Positions 19,235 through 27,738 of a DNA stretch of 32,000 bases are shown in pieces. The position numbers were made by a program, and so were the translations under genes. Source of the stretch: Isorropodon fossajaponicum endosymbiont JTNG4 (GTDB taxonomy: Bacteria; Pseudomonadota; Gammaproteobacteria; PS1; Pseudothioglobaceae); NCBI RefSeq assembly GCF_016592615.1, contig NZ_AP013043.1, forward strand, positions 870,001 through 902,000, given 5' to 3'. The notes below the pieces were generated by a model. The model was not told the origin of the DNA. It searched no databases and saw only the letters and a list, made by a program, of their open reading frames with translations. How positions within the stretch are numbered: the first letter of the stretch is position 1; the number at the start of each line of letters is the position of its first letter.

Positions 19235-19618
19235 CTACTCTTGATGATTTTCTACGCAGAAAAAATAATCTTCCCATCTCTTTGGTGAGAATAATGTACC
19301 CATTTCATCAAGTGGGCCTGTATTGTACAAGAACCCACTTGCAAGTGCTTGTTTGAATCTTTCTATGTTGGCATCAGATAAATTAAGTCTACCTTTGCAA
19401 GCTTCATGTGCTGCTATTGTCACTGGAGCACCAGTTGCAGTTTGGCCAATCACCTTGGAAGTGTCAGTCAATGTCATTGTATCAATATTGTGCTCACTCT
19501 TCACCACAACTTTATCAAAAATTGGCTCAACAGGCCCCATGTCACGATCATCTCCACCAGCCATTACACTACCCACTAATGCAAATGTTATGACAAGACC
19601 TAGTGTTTTATTTATCAT
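19235..19618 (-). CDS. Hypothetical secreted protein (signal peptide, 2 Cys)
   Basis: 127 aa with the N-terminal signal-like sequence MINKTLGLVITFALVGSVMAGG. I recognise no family. Confidence 0.45.
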   Translation of the reverse strand: MINKTLGLVITFALVGSVMAGGDDRDMGPVEPIFDKVVVKSEHNIDTMTLTDTSKVIGQTATGAPVTIAAHEACKGRLNLSDANIERFKQALASGFLYNTGPLDEMGTLFSPKRWEDYFFCVENHQE

Positions 19619-19717
19619 TTTTCTATCTCCAAATTATTCAAAAAGTTGACTTACCTCCCCCCTTTGATTCTATATTTTATACTACTTATTATAGGATAGC
19701 CATCTTTACATAAATTT

Positions 19718-20674
19718 ATGCTTAGTGATTTTTATAAATGCGCCACATCAACACAACTAGATTTGATATGCGCACAACTTATCAACTTATCAACCCGTGC
19801 ATTTAATGCAAATAACGGCAATGTAGCTAAATGGGGGCAAGCCATTGAACAGATTAAAACTCAAAATACAGGTAGCCTTGATTTTATAACGCCTTATTTA
19901 AACATTAGTGCTAGTCATATTAATAATCTCACTTTGGAAAAATCTTTAAAACAGCTTATGCCTTGGCGTAAAGGGCCTTATCAAATTGGCGATCTGCAAC
20001 TTGATAGCGAATGGCGTGGTGATATGAAATGGCATAGACTCGTTCCCCATATCAAACCACTTAAGGATAAAGTTGTGCTTGATGTCGGCTCTGGCAATGG
20101 CTACTTTACCTATCTTATGGCTATCTCAGGTGCTGAAATTGCACTGGGCATTGAGCCATTCTTATTATTTAATTATCAGTTCCAAGCCATCCGCACCTTA
20201 ATTAACAATCCACCAAATGCATTTGTATTGCCATTACGCCTAGAAGAAATGCCTAAAAAACCTTTGTTTGACACGGTGTTTTCCATGGGTGTTTTATATC
20301 ACCAAAAAGACCATAGGTCACATTTAAAACAACTAAAAGATGTTATGAGACCAGGTGGAGAGCTCATCTTAGAAACGCTTATTATTGATTTGGAAAAAGT
20401 TGAAAAAATCATTCCAAAAGGACGTTACGCTAAAATGCGAAACGTTTACTGCTTGCCATCAGAAAATACACTGCGTACTTGGCTTGAAAATGCAGAATTT
20501 AAGAACATTAAGTTGCTGGACATTACCAAAACCACATCAAAAGAACAACGAGCAACCCATTGGATTGGCAATAACACACAATCTCTTAAAGACTTTCTTG
20601 ACCTAAACAATAGCGACTTAACCATCGAAGGATTACCAGCGCCTAGGCGTGCAATCTTTATTTGTCAAAAATAA
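19718..20674 (+). CDS. cmoB: tRNA U34 carboxymethyltransferase
   Basis: 318 aa, collinear with E. coli CmoB: LMPWRKGPYQIGDLQLDSEWRGDMKWHRL...VLDVGSGNGYF...FDTVFSMGVLYHQKD...RYAKMRNVY..PS...EGLPAPRRAIFI. Confidence 0.9.
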   Translation: MLSDFYKCATSTQLDLICAQLINLSTRAFNANNGNVAKWGQAIEQIKTQNTGSLDFITPYLNISASHINNLTLEKSLKQLMPWRKGPYQIGDLQLDSEWRGDMKWHRLVPHIKPLKDKVVLDVGSGNGYFTYLMAISGAEIALGIEPFLLFNYQFQAIRTLINNPPNAFVLPLRLEEMPKKPLFDTVFSMGVLYHQKDHRSHLKQLKDVMRPGGELILETLIIDLEKVEKIIPKGRYAKMRNVYCLPSENTLRTWLENAEFKNIKLLDITKTTSKEQRATHWIGNNTQSLKDFLDLNNSDLTIEGLPAPRRAIFICQK

Positions 20675-20715
20675 ATTAAGTAGTATAATTATTCTTTTCT
20701 TTAGAAAAAATAATT

Positions 20716-21621
20716 ATGATTTTTCGTTCACCCTTAACAATAATAACACTGTTACTTTCTGCAAATATCTTTGCAGCACCAAATATTGTGGTTAGTATTA
20801 AGCCTATTCACTCTATTGTTAGCAGCCTAACTCAAGGAATAACAGAGCCAAAATTATTACTAAAAACCAATCAATCAGCGCACCACACTCATCTCAAACC
20901 TTCTCAATTATCTTTATTAAGCCATGCGGACTTAGCTATTTTTATTCACCCCACTTTTGAAGGTAGGCTTAAGAAAGTATTGGCTAATCTTGATGCCAAT
21001 AAAAAACTAATTATTGGCATTGTGAAAAATATTCATCTTATTCACAATGAGGAGCATGAAAAAGGTGAAAAACACGAGGAGCATAAGGAGCATAACGAAC
21101 ATCAGGAGAAAGTCAATTATCACCTTTGGCTAGATGTAAATAATATGCAAATATTTGCAAAAACATTAATTGAAAGATTGATTAAAATTGATCCTGATAA
21201 CCAATCAAATTACACAACTAATTTAGAAAAACTTAACAGAAATTTAGACAAACTCAAACAAGATATTAATCAAAAATTATCAGTTTACAAGCCTAAAGTA
21301 CTTTCAAGTTATTCCAATACTTTTGATTATTTTACCAATGCCAATCAATTAAAAAAATCAATCAATATTACGAGTTACCACGATGAAAGGTTGAGTATAT
21401 TTAAAATACTTGAGGCTAAAAAAATAATGAAGAATACACAAACAAAATGTTTGCTCACCACCATAGAGGTACCTAAAAAACGTATCAATTCACTGACCGA
21501 AGGTCTGAATATAAATTCAGCAAGCATTGACATTATAGGTTTTAATATTCAGCAAGGATCTGGCCATTATTTTAAACTAATGCACAATATTACCAATAAA
21601 ATCGTCCAATGTCTCAGATAA
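20716..21621 (+). CDS. ZnuA/TroA-like periplasmic metal-binding protein with a His/Glu-rich loop
   Basis: 301 aa. It has a signal peptide, ...IVVSIKPIHSIV...SAHHTH..., the acidic His-rich insert HNEEHEKGEKHEEHKEHNEHQEK, then YHLWLD. No permease or ATPase genes lie adjacent. Confidence 0.65.
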   Translation: MIFRSPLTIITLLLSANIFAAPNIVVSIKPIHSIVSSLTQGITEPKLLLKTNQSAHHTHLKPSQLSLLSHADLAIFIHPTFEGRLKKVLANLDANKKLIIGIVKNIHLIHNEEHEKGEKHEEHKEHNEHQEKVNYHLWLDVNNMQIFAKTLIERLIKIDPDNQSNYTTNLEKLNRNLDKLKQDINQKLSVYKPKVLSSYSNTFDYFTNANQLKKSINITSYHDERLSIFKILEAKKIMKNTQTKCLLTTIEVPKKRINSLTEGLNINSASIDIIGFNIQQGSGHYFKLMHNITNKIVQCLR

Positions 21622-22397
21622 GATTTGCCTTTAATAAAGCCTCAAATAATTATAATGATCATGCTTTTTTACAAAAAGAAATTGCTGTTAGGTTAGATCA
21701 AAAACTTAATGCTATTTCATCCAAAACTGACATCATTCTTGATCTTGGTGCAGGCACCGGTTTACTTAGCCAACAACTAACTAAGCGCTTTTCAAACTCA
21801 AAAATTATTTGTCTAGATTTTGCCCAACAACCCTTAAAATATAACCCATCTAGTAGCAAAATTTGTGCCAATGCTAATTATTTACCACTGCTGGACAATA
21901 GTGTTGATATGATTACTTCTAACTTGATGATGCAGTGGTGTCCAGACCTTAACACTTTGTTCTCGGAATGTTTTCGCGTACTTAAAAACAATGGGTTATT
22001 TTTATTCTCTACTTTTGGTCCAGATACGCTAAAAGAATTAAAAAAAAGCTGGTCAATTGTGGATGATAAAACACATGTCAATACTTTTATTGACATGCAT
22101 GATATTGGCGATCAAATGCTACAAAATGGGTTTCAAAATCCCGTAATGGAAATGGAAACTTTAACACTTACCTATCAAACAGTCATTGATTTATTACGCG
22201 ATCTTAAGGCCATTGGCGCTCAAACAGTTACTAAGCGCTCAAAGTCCCTAACTGGTAAAGACAAGTTCCAATTGATGATTAAAATGTATGACTCTTACAA
22301 AAGTAATGGGAAATTACCAGCCACTTACGAAGTTATTTATGGACATGCGTGGAAAAAAACGACTGGTGTTGGCAATATCACACTTGAAAGTCAATAA
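21609..22397 (+). CDS. bioC: Malonyl-[ACP] O-methyltransferase
   Basis: 262 aa. Contains FNKASNNYNDHAFLQKEIAVRL...ILDLGAGTGLLS...SNLMMQWC...LKAIGA.... BioC-like throughout. 13-nt overlap with the upstream gene. Confidence 0.8.
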   Translation: MSQIRFAFNKASNNYNDHAFLQKEIAVRLDQKLNAISSKTDIILDLGAGTGLLSQQLTKRFSNSKIICLDFAQQPLKYNPSSSKICANANYLPLLDNSVDMITSNLMMQWCPDLNTLFSECFRVLKNNGLFLFSTFGPDTLKELKKSWSIVDDKTHVNTFIDMHDIGDQMLQNGFQNPVMEMETLTLTYQTVIDLLRDLKAIGAQTVTKRSKSLTGKDKFQLMIKMYDSYKSNGKLPATYEVIYGHAWKKTTGVGNITLESQ

Positions 22398-22709
22398 AAA
22401 AATTAATTAAAATATTTACTAATATTGAGTTCCTGTGCTTTTAATACAGAAGATTTAATCATGTCCTGGACTAAGCGCTCAAAGTCCCTAACTGGTAAAG
22501 ACAAGTTCCAATTGATGATTAAAATGTATGACTCTTACAAAAGTAATGGGAAATTACCAGCCACTTACGAAGTTATTTATGGACATGCGTGGAAAAAAAC
22601 GACTGGTGTTGGCAATATCACACTTGAAAGTCAATAAAAAAATTAATTAAAATATTTACTAATATTGAGTTCCTGTGCTTTTAATACAGAAGATTTAATC
22701 ATGTCCTGA
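22230..22709 (+). repeat. Perfect tandem duplication, 2 x 240 bp (bioC last 56 codons plus 72 bp of downstream spacer)
   Basis: 22230-22468 is identical base for base to 22470-22708 (checked line by line). The second copy yields the chimeric track ORF 22425-22637. Confidence 0.95.
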
Positions 22710-23820
22710 TGTAATACCCCAAAAAACCACCATTCTAAAGTAGAAAATTCTATAATAAAAAATAAGGAGTTTTCACATGAAAAAATCAAGATATACAGAG
22801 TCATAAATAGTCAACATACTCAAACAAAACCAATCAGGCATATCTGTGGCTGATCTATGCCGTGAATACGCAATGTCTCAAGCCACATTTTACAAATGGA
22901 GATCTAAATACGGTGATACAGATTTTGTCTCTATGGTTAAACGCTTAAAAGAGCTAGAATCAGAAAATGCTCAATTCAAGCGTATGTATGCTGAGAGTGA
23001 GTTGAAACTGCAAATTACAAAGGATGCCTTAGCAAAAAAGTTCTAAAGCCATCCCAGTGGCGTGAGGATGGCTTTAAACATCAATGAACAAAATAAGAAC
23101 ACAAGTATCAAACTTATTTACGAAGTTTGTAGCATTAGTAAAAGCACTTATTATTATCAACCAAAACTCAGTGATGACAATGCTTTAATTGCCGATTGTC
23201 TACTGCGCTTAACCGCAACGCACAAGCGTTGGGGTTTTAAACTGTGCTATTTATATCTACGTAATGTTAAAGACTACAAATTTAACCATAAACGAGTGTA
23301 TCGCATTTACCAAGAACTGGAGCTCAATCTAAGAATCAAGCCAAGAAGAAGAATCAAAAGAGATAAACCCGAAGCACTGAGTGTGCCAACAACTATTAAC
23401 CAAACTTGGTCAATGGATTTTATGTCAGACTCACTCACTGATGGCAGGCACATTAGAACTTTTAATGTTGTCGATGATTACAATCGGGAAGGCTTGAATA
23501 TTGATGTGGACTTGTCCATGCCAGCAAGACGAGTTATTCAATCATTAGAACGTTTGATTCAGTGGCGTGGCAAGCCCAAGGCTATCAGATGTGATAATGG
23601 TCCTGAATACATTAGCCAAGCATTAAGAGACTGGGTACAAGCCTTAGGTATTGAGTTAATGTACATCCAACCAGGTAAGCCAACTCAAAATGCCTACATT
23701 GAGAGATTTAACCGTACAGTAAGACAAGAGTGTTTAGATCTGCATTTGTTTGATTCTGTTGAGCAAGCACAAGATGCAACCACACAGTGGTTATGGGTTT
23801 ATAATAACGAACGACCGCAC
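22707..23820 (+). mobile_element. IS3-family element (IS407/IS2-like organisation), decayed and 3'-truncated
   Basis: It starts with TGATGTAATACCCC... directly after the duplication. It has orfA and orfB with a DDE triad and an A AAA AAG heptamer at 23034-23040. The transposase reading stops matching after ...YNNERPH (23820). No right inverted repeat is visible. Confidence 0.8.
22777..23046 (+). pseudogene. IS3-family orfA with premature TAA at codon 10
   Basis: aaggag-N7-ATG, then MKKSRYTES*IVNILKQNQSGISVADLCREYAMSQATFYKWRSKYG...LKELESENAQFKRMYAE...ALAKKF. The TAA at 22804-22806 sits where the family has Gln (TE.QI). Confidence 0.8.
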
Positions 23821-23835
23821 TTTAAGAATCTTTAG
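23034..23835 (+). pseudogene. IS3-family orfB (DDE transposase), frameshifted at the 5' end and lacking its C-terminus
   Basis: The -1 frame after A AAA AAG reads KKVLKPSQWRE, then runs into a stop. The conserved continuation (MALNINEQ...STYYYQ...WSMDFMSD...IRCDNGPEY...NAYIERFNRTVRQE) lies in the orfA frame, which implies a 1-nt indel near 23066-23067. It ends at ...NNERPH followed by the foreign FKNL*. Confidence 0.75.
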
Positions 23836-24447
23836 TAGTAAATAATCCAAACCTGTTAATAAATCTAGTACACTTTTGTCATTTGCAATGGAAGGGCTAA
23901 CCCAATCTGAATCATTTGGAAGTCCCATTGCTTACGTTAATTCCTCAACAACACAAGCAGGTAATAAGCCATAACGCATTGCATGATCAACAGGAATAAT
24001 AACCAATGCATTGGTTAATTCAGATTTCTTGTTATGCTTGAAATGTAACAAACAGTTGCTTTGAGTATCGAGATCTTTTATTTTGGTGTTGGTATAACGA
24101 CTAATCGCTGATTTATAATGCGCTTTTTTGGTTAATAGTATTTTAAAATTGGGATTTTTATCATCTTTATTAATAACCACTCTTGTGATTTTAGATAAAT
24201 CCTGGAAATGGTCTTGGATAAGCGCTTCAGCAATACCAACAGACGCATCTAAGTTAAAATAATCAACCCGATATCTAATCGGTTGCTGCCAACGTCTTAA
24301 TTTTGTTTGTCTTAACTGGTACTCATTTTTATAAGCAACTTCAAAAAATGCTCTTTTGATATAGCTCTTAGATTGCCATGGTGCCAATAAGTCAGCACAT
24401 ACAGTACTTGAGTAAAGACCAACTAATAATATCCATGCTCCGCTCAA
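23821..24447 (-). pseudogene. DUF2927-like protein gene with an in-frame TAA, a missing 3' end and an uncertain start
   Basis: The 171-aa track ORF ends ...ACVVEELT*. The same frame continues as AMGLPNDSDWVSPSIANDKSVLDLLTGLDYLLLKIL down to about 23821. This matches the EE..Q.LGL.NDS...S.FND...LT..D..LL..LY pattern I recall for PF11150. The only in-frame start is TTG. An ATG at 24458 is out of frame across a T5 run. Confidence 0.5.
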
Positions 24448-24461
24448 AAAGCGACATCTGA

Positions 24462-25631
24462 TTATTTCTCGTTAAGAGCGCCACTAAAGCCACGACTAAT
24501 TGGCTTGGTTAAATAAGTAAATAAAGAACGCCTTCCGACTTTAACATCAATCGTACCCGACATACCCAATTTAACCTTAATCGCCTTGGATTTGACATTA
24601 TCCTCATGTTCTGGACCTTCAATTTTGACATTTACTTGATAAAAAGTCACTTGCCTTCCCGAAGGATCTTTGTCCAATAAAGTGTCCGAACTGATGTAAT
24701 TTAGTGTGCCTTTTAAACCACCGAAAATAGTATAATCAAATGCATCAAGTTTAATCACCACTGGCATACCCAGTTTTAGTCTACCAATATCAACAGGATT
24801 AATTTTTGCCTCTAAAATAACACCACCTTGAGAAGGGGATATTTCCATCAATTGTTCTCCAGCGCGTAAAACACCACCAACAGTGGTTACTTTTAGCTCT
24901 TTAACAATGCCTGACACGGGTGAATGAACATCAGTATATTCTAAAACACTTTTTTGTTTTTTAAGTTTATATAAATTTTTAGCCAACTCACCCTCTAACC
25001 TTTCAATCTCAGCACTGGTTTTTTCGTAATATTTATTTTTAACATCCACCACTTTACGCTTAAAATCTAATACTTTTTGCTTGGCTCTTAAAACTTCTAA
25101 CTGACTAACATCGCCTGTTTTTTCTAAACTTTGAGTAATTTCCCACTCCTCAGTACTCATTGCAAGACCTTCCTCCAACATGGACACTTCTTGATTTAAA
25201 GAGCGTTTCTTTTGAATATACAAAGCTTTTTGTGCATTCATAAAATCAGGATAATCTTGGGTTAATTCATCAAATACAATGGGTTTTTCTAAAATTTCTG
25301 CATTGGCTCTTGCTAATGCTGACTTCAAATGTGCCACTTGAGACTTTACCTCGTAATAACCTGCTTGTGCGCGATCTTTTTCAAGTGTTGCTAGAAGCTG
25401 CCCCTGCTTAACATGATCACCTTCACTGACTAGTAATTTAGATAAAATACCGCCATCAGCTACTTGAATAATTTGGCTACTACCATTAGCAACTACTTTA
25501 CCTTGAGAGCGAACCGTTTCATCAATATCAAGTAGTGATGCCCACAATATAAAGGCAATAAAGCCGCCTAATAAAACATAAACAATCGAAAATGAATGCT
25601 CAATTCTTAATAAAATTTTCTCTAAATTCAT
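24462..25631 (-). CDS. Type I secretion membrane fusion protein (HlyD family)
   Basis: 389 aa with an N-terminal TM, a lipoyl-like segment (GKVVANGSSQIIQVADGGILSKLLVSEGDHVKQGQLLATL), a long coiled coil and a C-terminal beta-barrel. ATGA overlap with the ABC gene. Confidence 0.85.
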   Translation of the reverse strand: MNLEKILLRIEHSFSIVYVLLGGFIAFILWASLLDIDETVRSQGKVVANGSSQIIQVADGGILSKLLVSEGDHVKQGQLLATLEKDRAQAGYYEVKSQVAHLKSALARANAEILEKPIVFDELTQDYPDFMNAQKALYIQKKRSLNQEVSMLEEGLAMSTEEWEITQSLEKTGDVSQLEVLRAKQKVLDFKRKVVDVKNKYYEKTSAEIERLEGELAKNLYKLKKQKSVLEYTDVHSPVSGIVKELKVTTVGGVLRAGEQLMEISPSQGGVILEAKINPVDIGRLKLGMPVVIKLDAFDYTIFGGLKGTLNYISSDTLLDKDPSGRQVTFYQVNVKIEGPEHEDNVKSKAIKVKLGMSGTIDVKVGRRSLFTYLTKPISRGFSGALNEK

Positions 25632-27721
25632 GACTTGGCCTCTTGTGTTTTGCCAGAGAGTTGGGCAATTACATCAGCCTTTGGTCCATCCATCACTATT
25701 TGATTTTTATTAACCACAATTAAACGCTCAACCAATTCTATCATTTCCATCTTGTGCGTTACCAATACCAACGTATCTTCTGCTTTTATTGTTTTCTTAA
25801 ACATGTTAATTAACAAAGTTTCTAAGTTGCGATCAACAGATGCAGTTGGTTCGTCTAATAACCATATTTTTGGTGCTCGCAGAACTACCCGAGTTAAATT
25901 AAGTAATTGCTTTTGTCCACCAGATAAGCCCATTCCACCTTCAAATATTTCTTGCTCTAGCCCTTTTTCAGTAGTAGAGATAACACCATCTAATAAGCCT
26001 GTTAATTTAGATACCTCTAAAATTTTATCATCACCAGGATCAGCCAAACCTAAAATTAAATTTTCTCTAAGTGTGCCTTTGAACAGTCGACCTTCTTGTT
26101 GTAAAAATCCAATTTTTTCAGCCAAAATAGGTTTTGAGATATGGGCTAAATCAATGTCATCTAATAAAATCCGACCAACATTAGGCTTGTACATACCGCT
26201 TAAGAGGCGTAATAATGATGTTTTTCCAGAACCAATAGGTCCCAAAACACCAATTTTTTCACCCGGGTTGATTCTCATTTCTGGCAAAGCTAAAGCCGCC
26301 TTTTCGCCATAATTTATTTGTGTTTTCGCTTCAATATAGAATTCACCACGTAGATTTTCAGGCACAATAGGTGAATCTATGCCATCATGGTCACATTTTA
26401 AATCCCAAATCACATCTAGCGATCTAATTGCTGACTTAGTATTTGCCCATTGAACTAGGTGAGATGGAATTTGTGCAACAGGCGCCAAAATTCGACCTGA
26501 CAAAATAGAGCAAGCAATTAACCCACCCATAGTCAAACCACCACCACCAATCAATAATGCACCTGATGCCACCATCAGCACAAACGAAGATTGTTGAAAA
26601 AATGCCACCATATACTGAGACTGATCAGTCATTCGCTTCATCTCTAAATCATAACCACGACCTTCGTCAGTGACATTCATCCAATTAGAAAGCATGCGCC
26701 AACCACCTTGACCCGATTTAATCGTTTCAGCGCCTTCAACTGACTCCACTAGTAAACCCACTTTAAGATTAACAGATTCGTTAATATTATCTGCTAACGC
26801 TTCTATCTTCTTATGGAAATATAACCCTGTTAAAGTCGCTATAATAAAAAATGTCATAGGTACCAAGGCTAAATAACCACCAATAGCAGAAATCAATAAA
26901 ACATAGAACAGCACAAATGGAACGTCAACTACCAGATAAGTCGTAATAGCAGATAAAAAACTACGTACTGATTCATAACCTCGCATTTGCGAAGCCAAAC
27001 TACCCACACTTTTTGGTAGTTGATCCATGCGTAATGCCAAAAATCGTTTGTATACATCTCTAGATAAACGTCTATCTATGTTATCAATCAACTTTTCGTA
27101 TAACCCTGCACGCACCAACTTAGCAATAAAATCTAATACCGTTATTGCTAATACGCCTATTGTCAGCACTAATAAAGTTTGTTGAGCGCCTGTTGGCACA
27201 ACGCGGTCATAAATCTGCATAGAATAAAAAGCACTAACCACGGCCACAATATTAATCAAAACTCCTGCTAAAGAAGCGTCAATTAGCCATTTCTTATGAG
27301 TAATTAGTTCGGTTTTAACCATTTGAAAAATTCGACTATTACCTGTGTCGAATTTTTTTTTCATTTTTATGGCAAAAATCTCATACTCGCTCAAATCATC
27401 AAGTATTACTTCTAGCCAGGCATTTTTCTCTTTAGAGAACCATTCTGCCACCCATTCGCCTTTGGCATTAAAAATTTTAAGGATACCCCATTGCTGAAAT
27501 TCATCAAAAATTAATAAAGGCAACAAAGAGGGGTCGTTAATAGATTTTAATGCTTTAGGATTAGGAATTAATAATGCATGACATACATTACGTAACATTG
27601 CCAATTTTTCAATTGAGCCATTGCATTCATCCTCAATAACCTGTTGTAATTCTAATGCATCAAAACGAGACCTTTGCAACTGCGATAAACGTTGCAAACT
27701 GGATAATAAACTTTGCTCCAT
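25628..27721 (-). CDS. Type I secretion ABC permease/ATPase with a degenerate N-terminal C39-like domain (LssB/LapB/HlyB class)
   Basis: 697 aa with an N-terminal ~140-aa domain lacking an obvious catalytic Cys-Gly, a 6-TM region, Walker A (GPIGSGKTSLL), signature (LSGGQKQ) and Walker B (IWLLDEPTASVD). Confidence 0.85.
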   Translation of the reverse strand: MEQSLLSSLQRLSQLQRSRFDALELQQVIEDECNGSIEKLAMLRNVCHALLIPNPKALKSINDPSLLPLLIFDEFQQWGILKIFNAKGEWVAEWFSKEKNAWLEVILDDLSEYEIFAIKMKKKFDTGNSRIFQMVKTELITHKKWLIDASLAGVLINIVAVVSAFYSMQIYDRVVPTGAQQTLLVLTIGVLAITVLDFIAKLVRAGLYEKLIDNIDRRLSRDVYKRFLALRMDQLPKSVGSLASQMRGYESVRSFLSAITTYLVVDVPFVLFYVLLISAIGGYLALVPMTFFIIATLTGLYFHKKIEALADNINESVNLKVGLLVESVEGAETIKSGQGGWRMLSNWMNVTDEGRGYDLEMKRMTDQSQYMVAFFQQSSFVLMVASGALLIGGGGLTMGGLIACSILSGRILAPVAQIPSHLVQWANTKSAIRSLDVIWDLKCDHDGIDSPIVPENLRGEFYIEAKTQINYGEKAALALPEMRINPGEKIGVLGPIGSGKTSLLRLLSGMYKPNVGRILLDDIDLAHISKPILAEKIGFLQQEGRLFKGTLRENLILGLADPGDDKILEVSKLTGLLDGVISTTEKGLEQEIFEGGMGLSGGQKQLLNLTRVVLRAPKIWLLDEPTASVDRNLETLLINMFKKTIKAEDTLVLVTHKMEMIELVERLIVVNKNQIVMDGPKADVIAQLSGKTQEAKS

Positions 27722-27738
27722 ATATGTACTACTAAAGG

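Noticed and set aside
20675-20715. Possible Zur box upstream of the ZnuA-like gene (AT-rich partial palindrome around gtagtataattattc)
   Set aside because: It is only a short, imperfect AT palindrome, indistinguishable from background in this AT-rich DNA.
22425-22637. 70-aa ORF looking like a small gene downstream of bioC
   Set aside because: It is simply the duplicated BioC C-terminus fused to spacer-derived codons with a non-ATG start. It is treated as a by-product of the tandem duplication.
25752-26312. 186-aa + strand ORF inside the T1SS ABC transporter gene
   Set aside because: It is an antisense shadow of the conserved nucleotide-binding domain and has no independent support.
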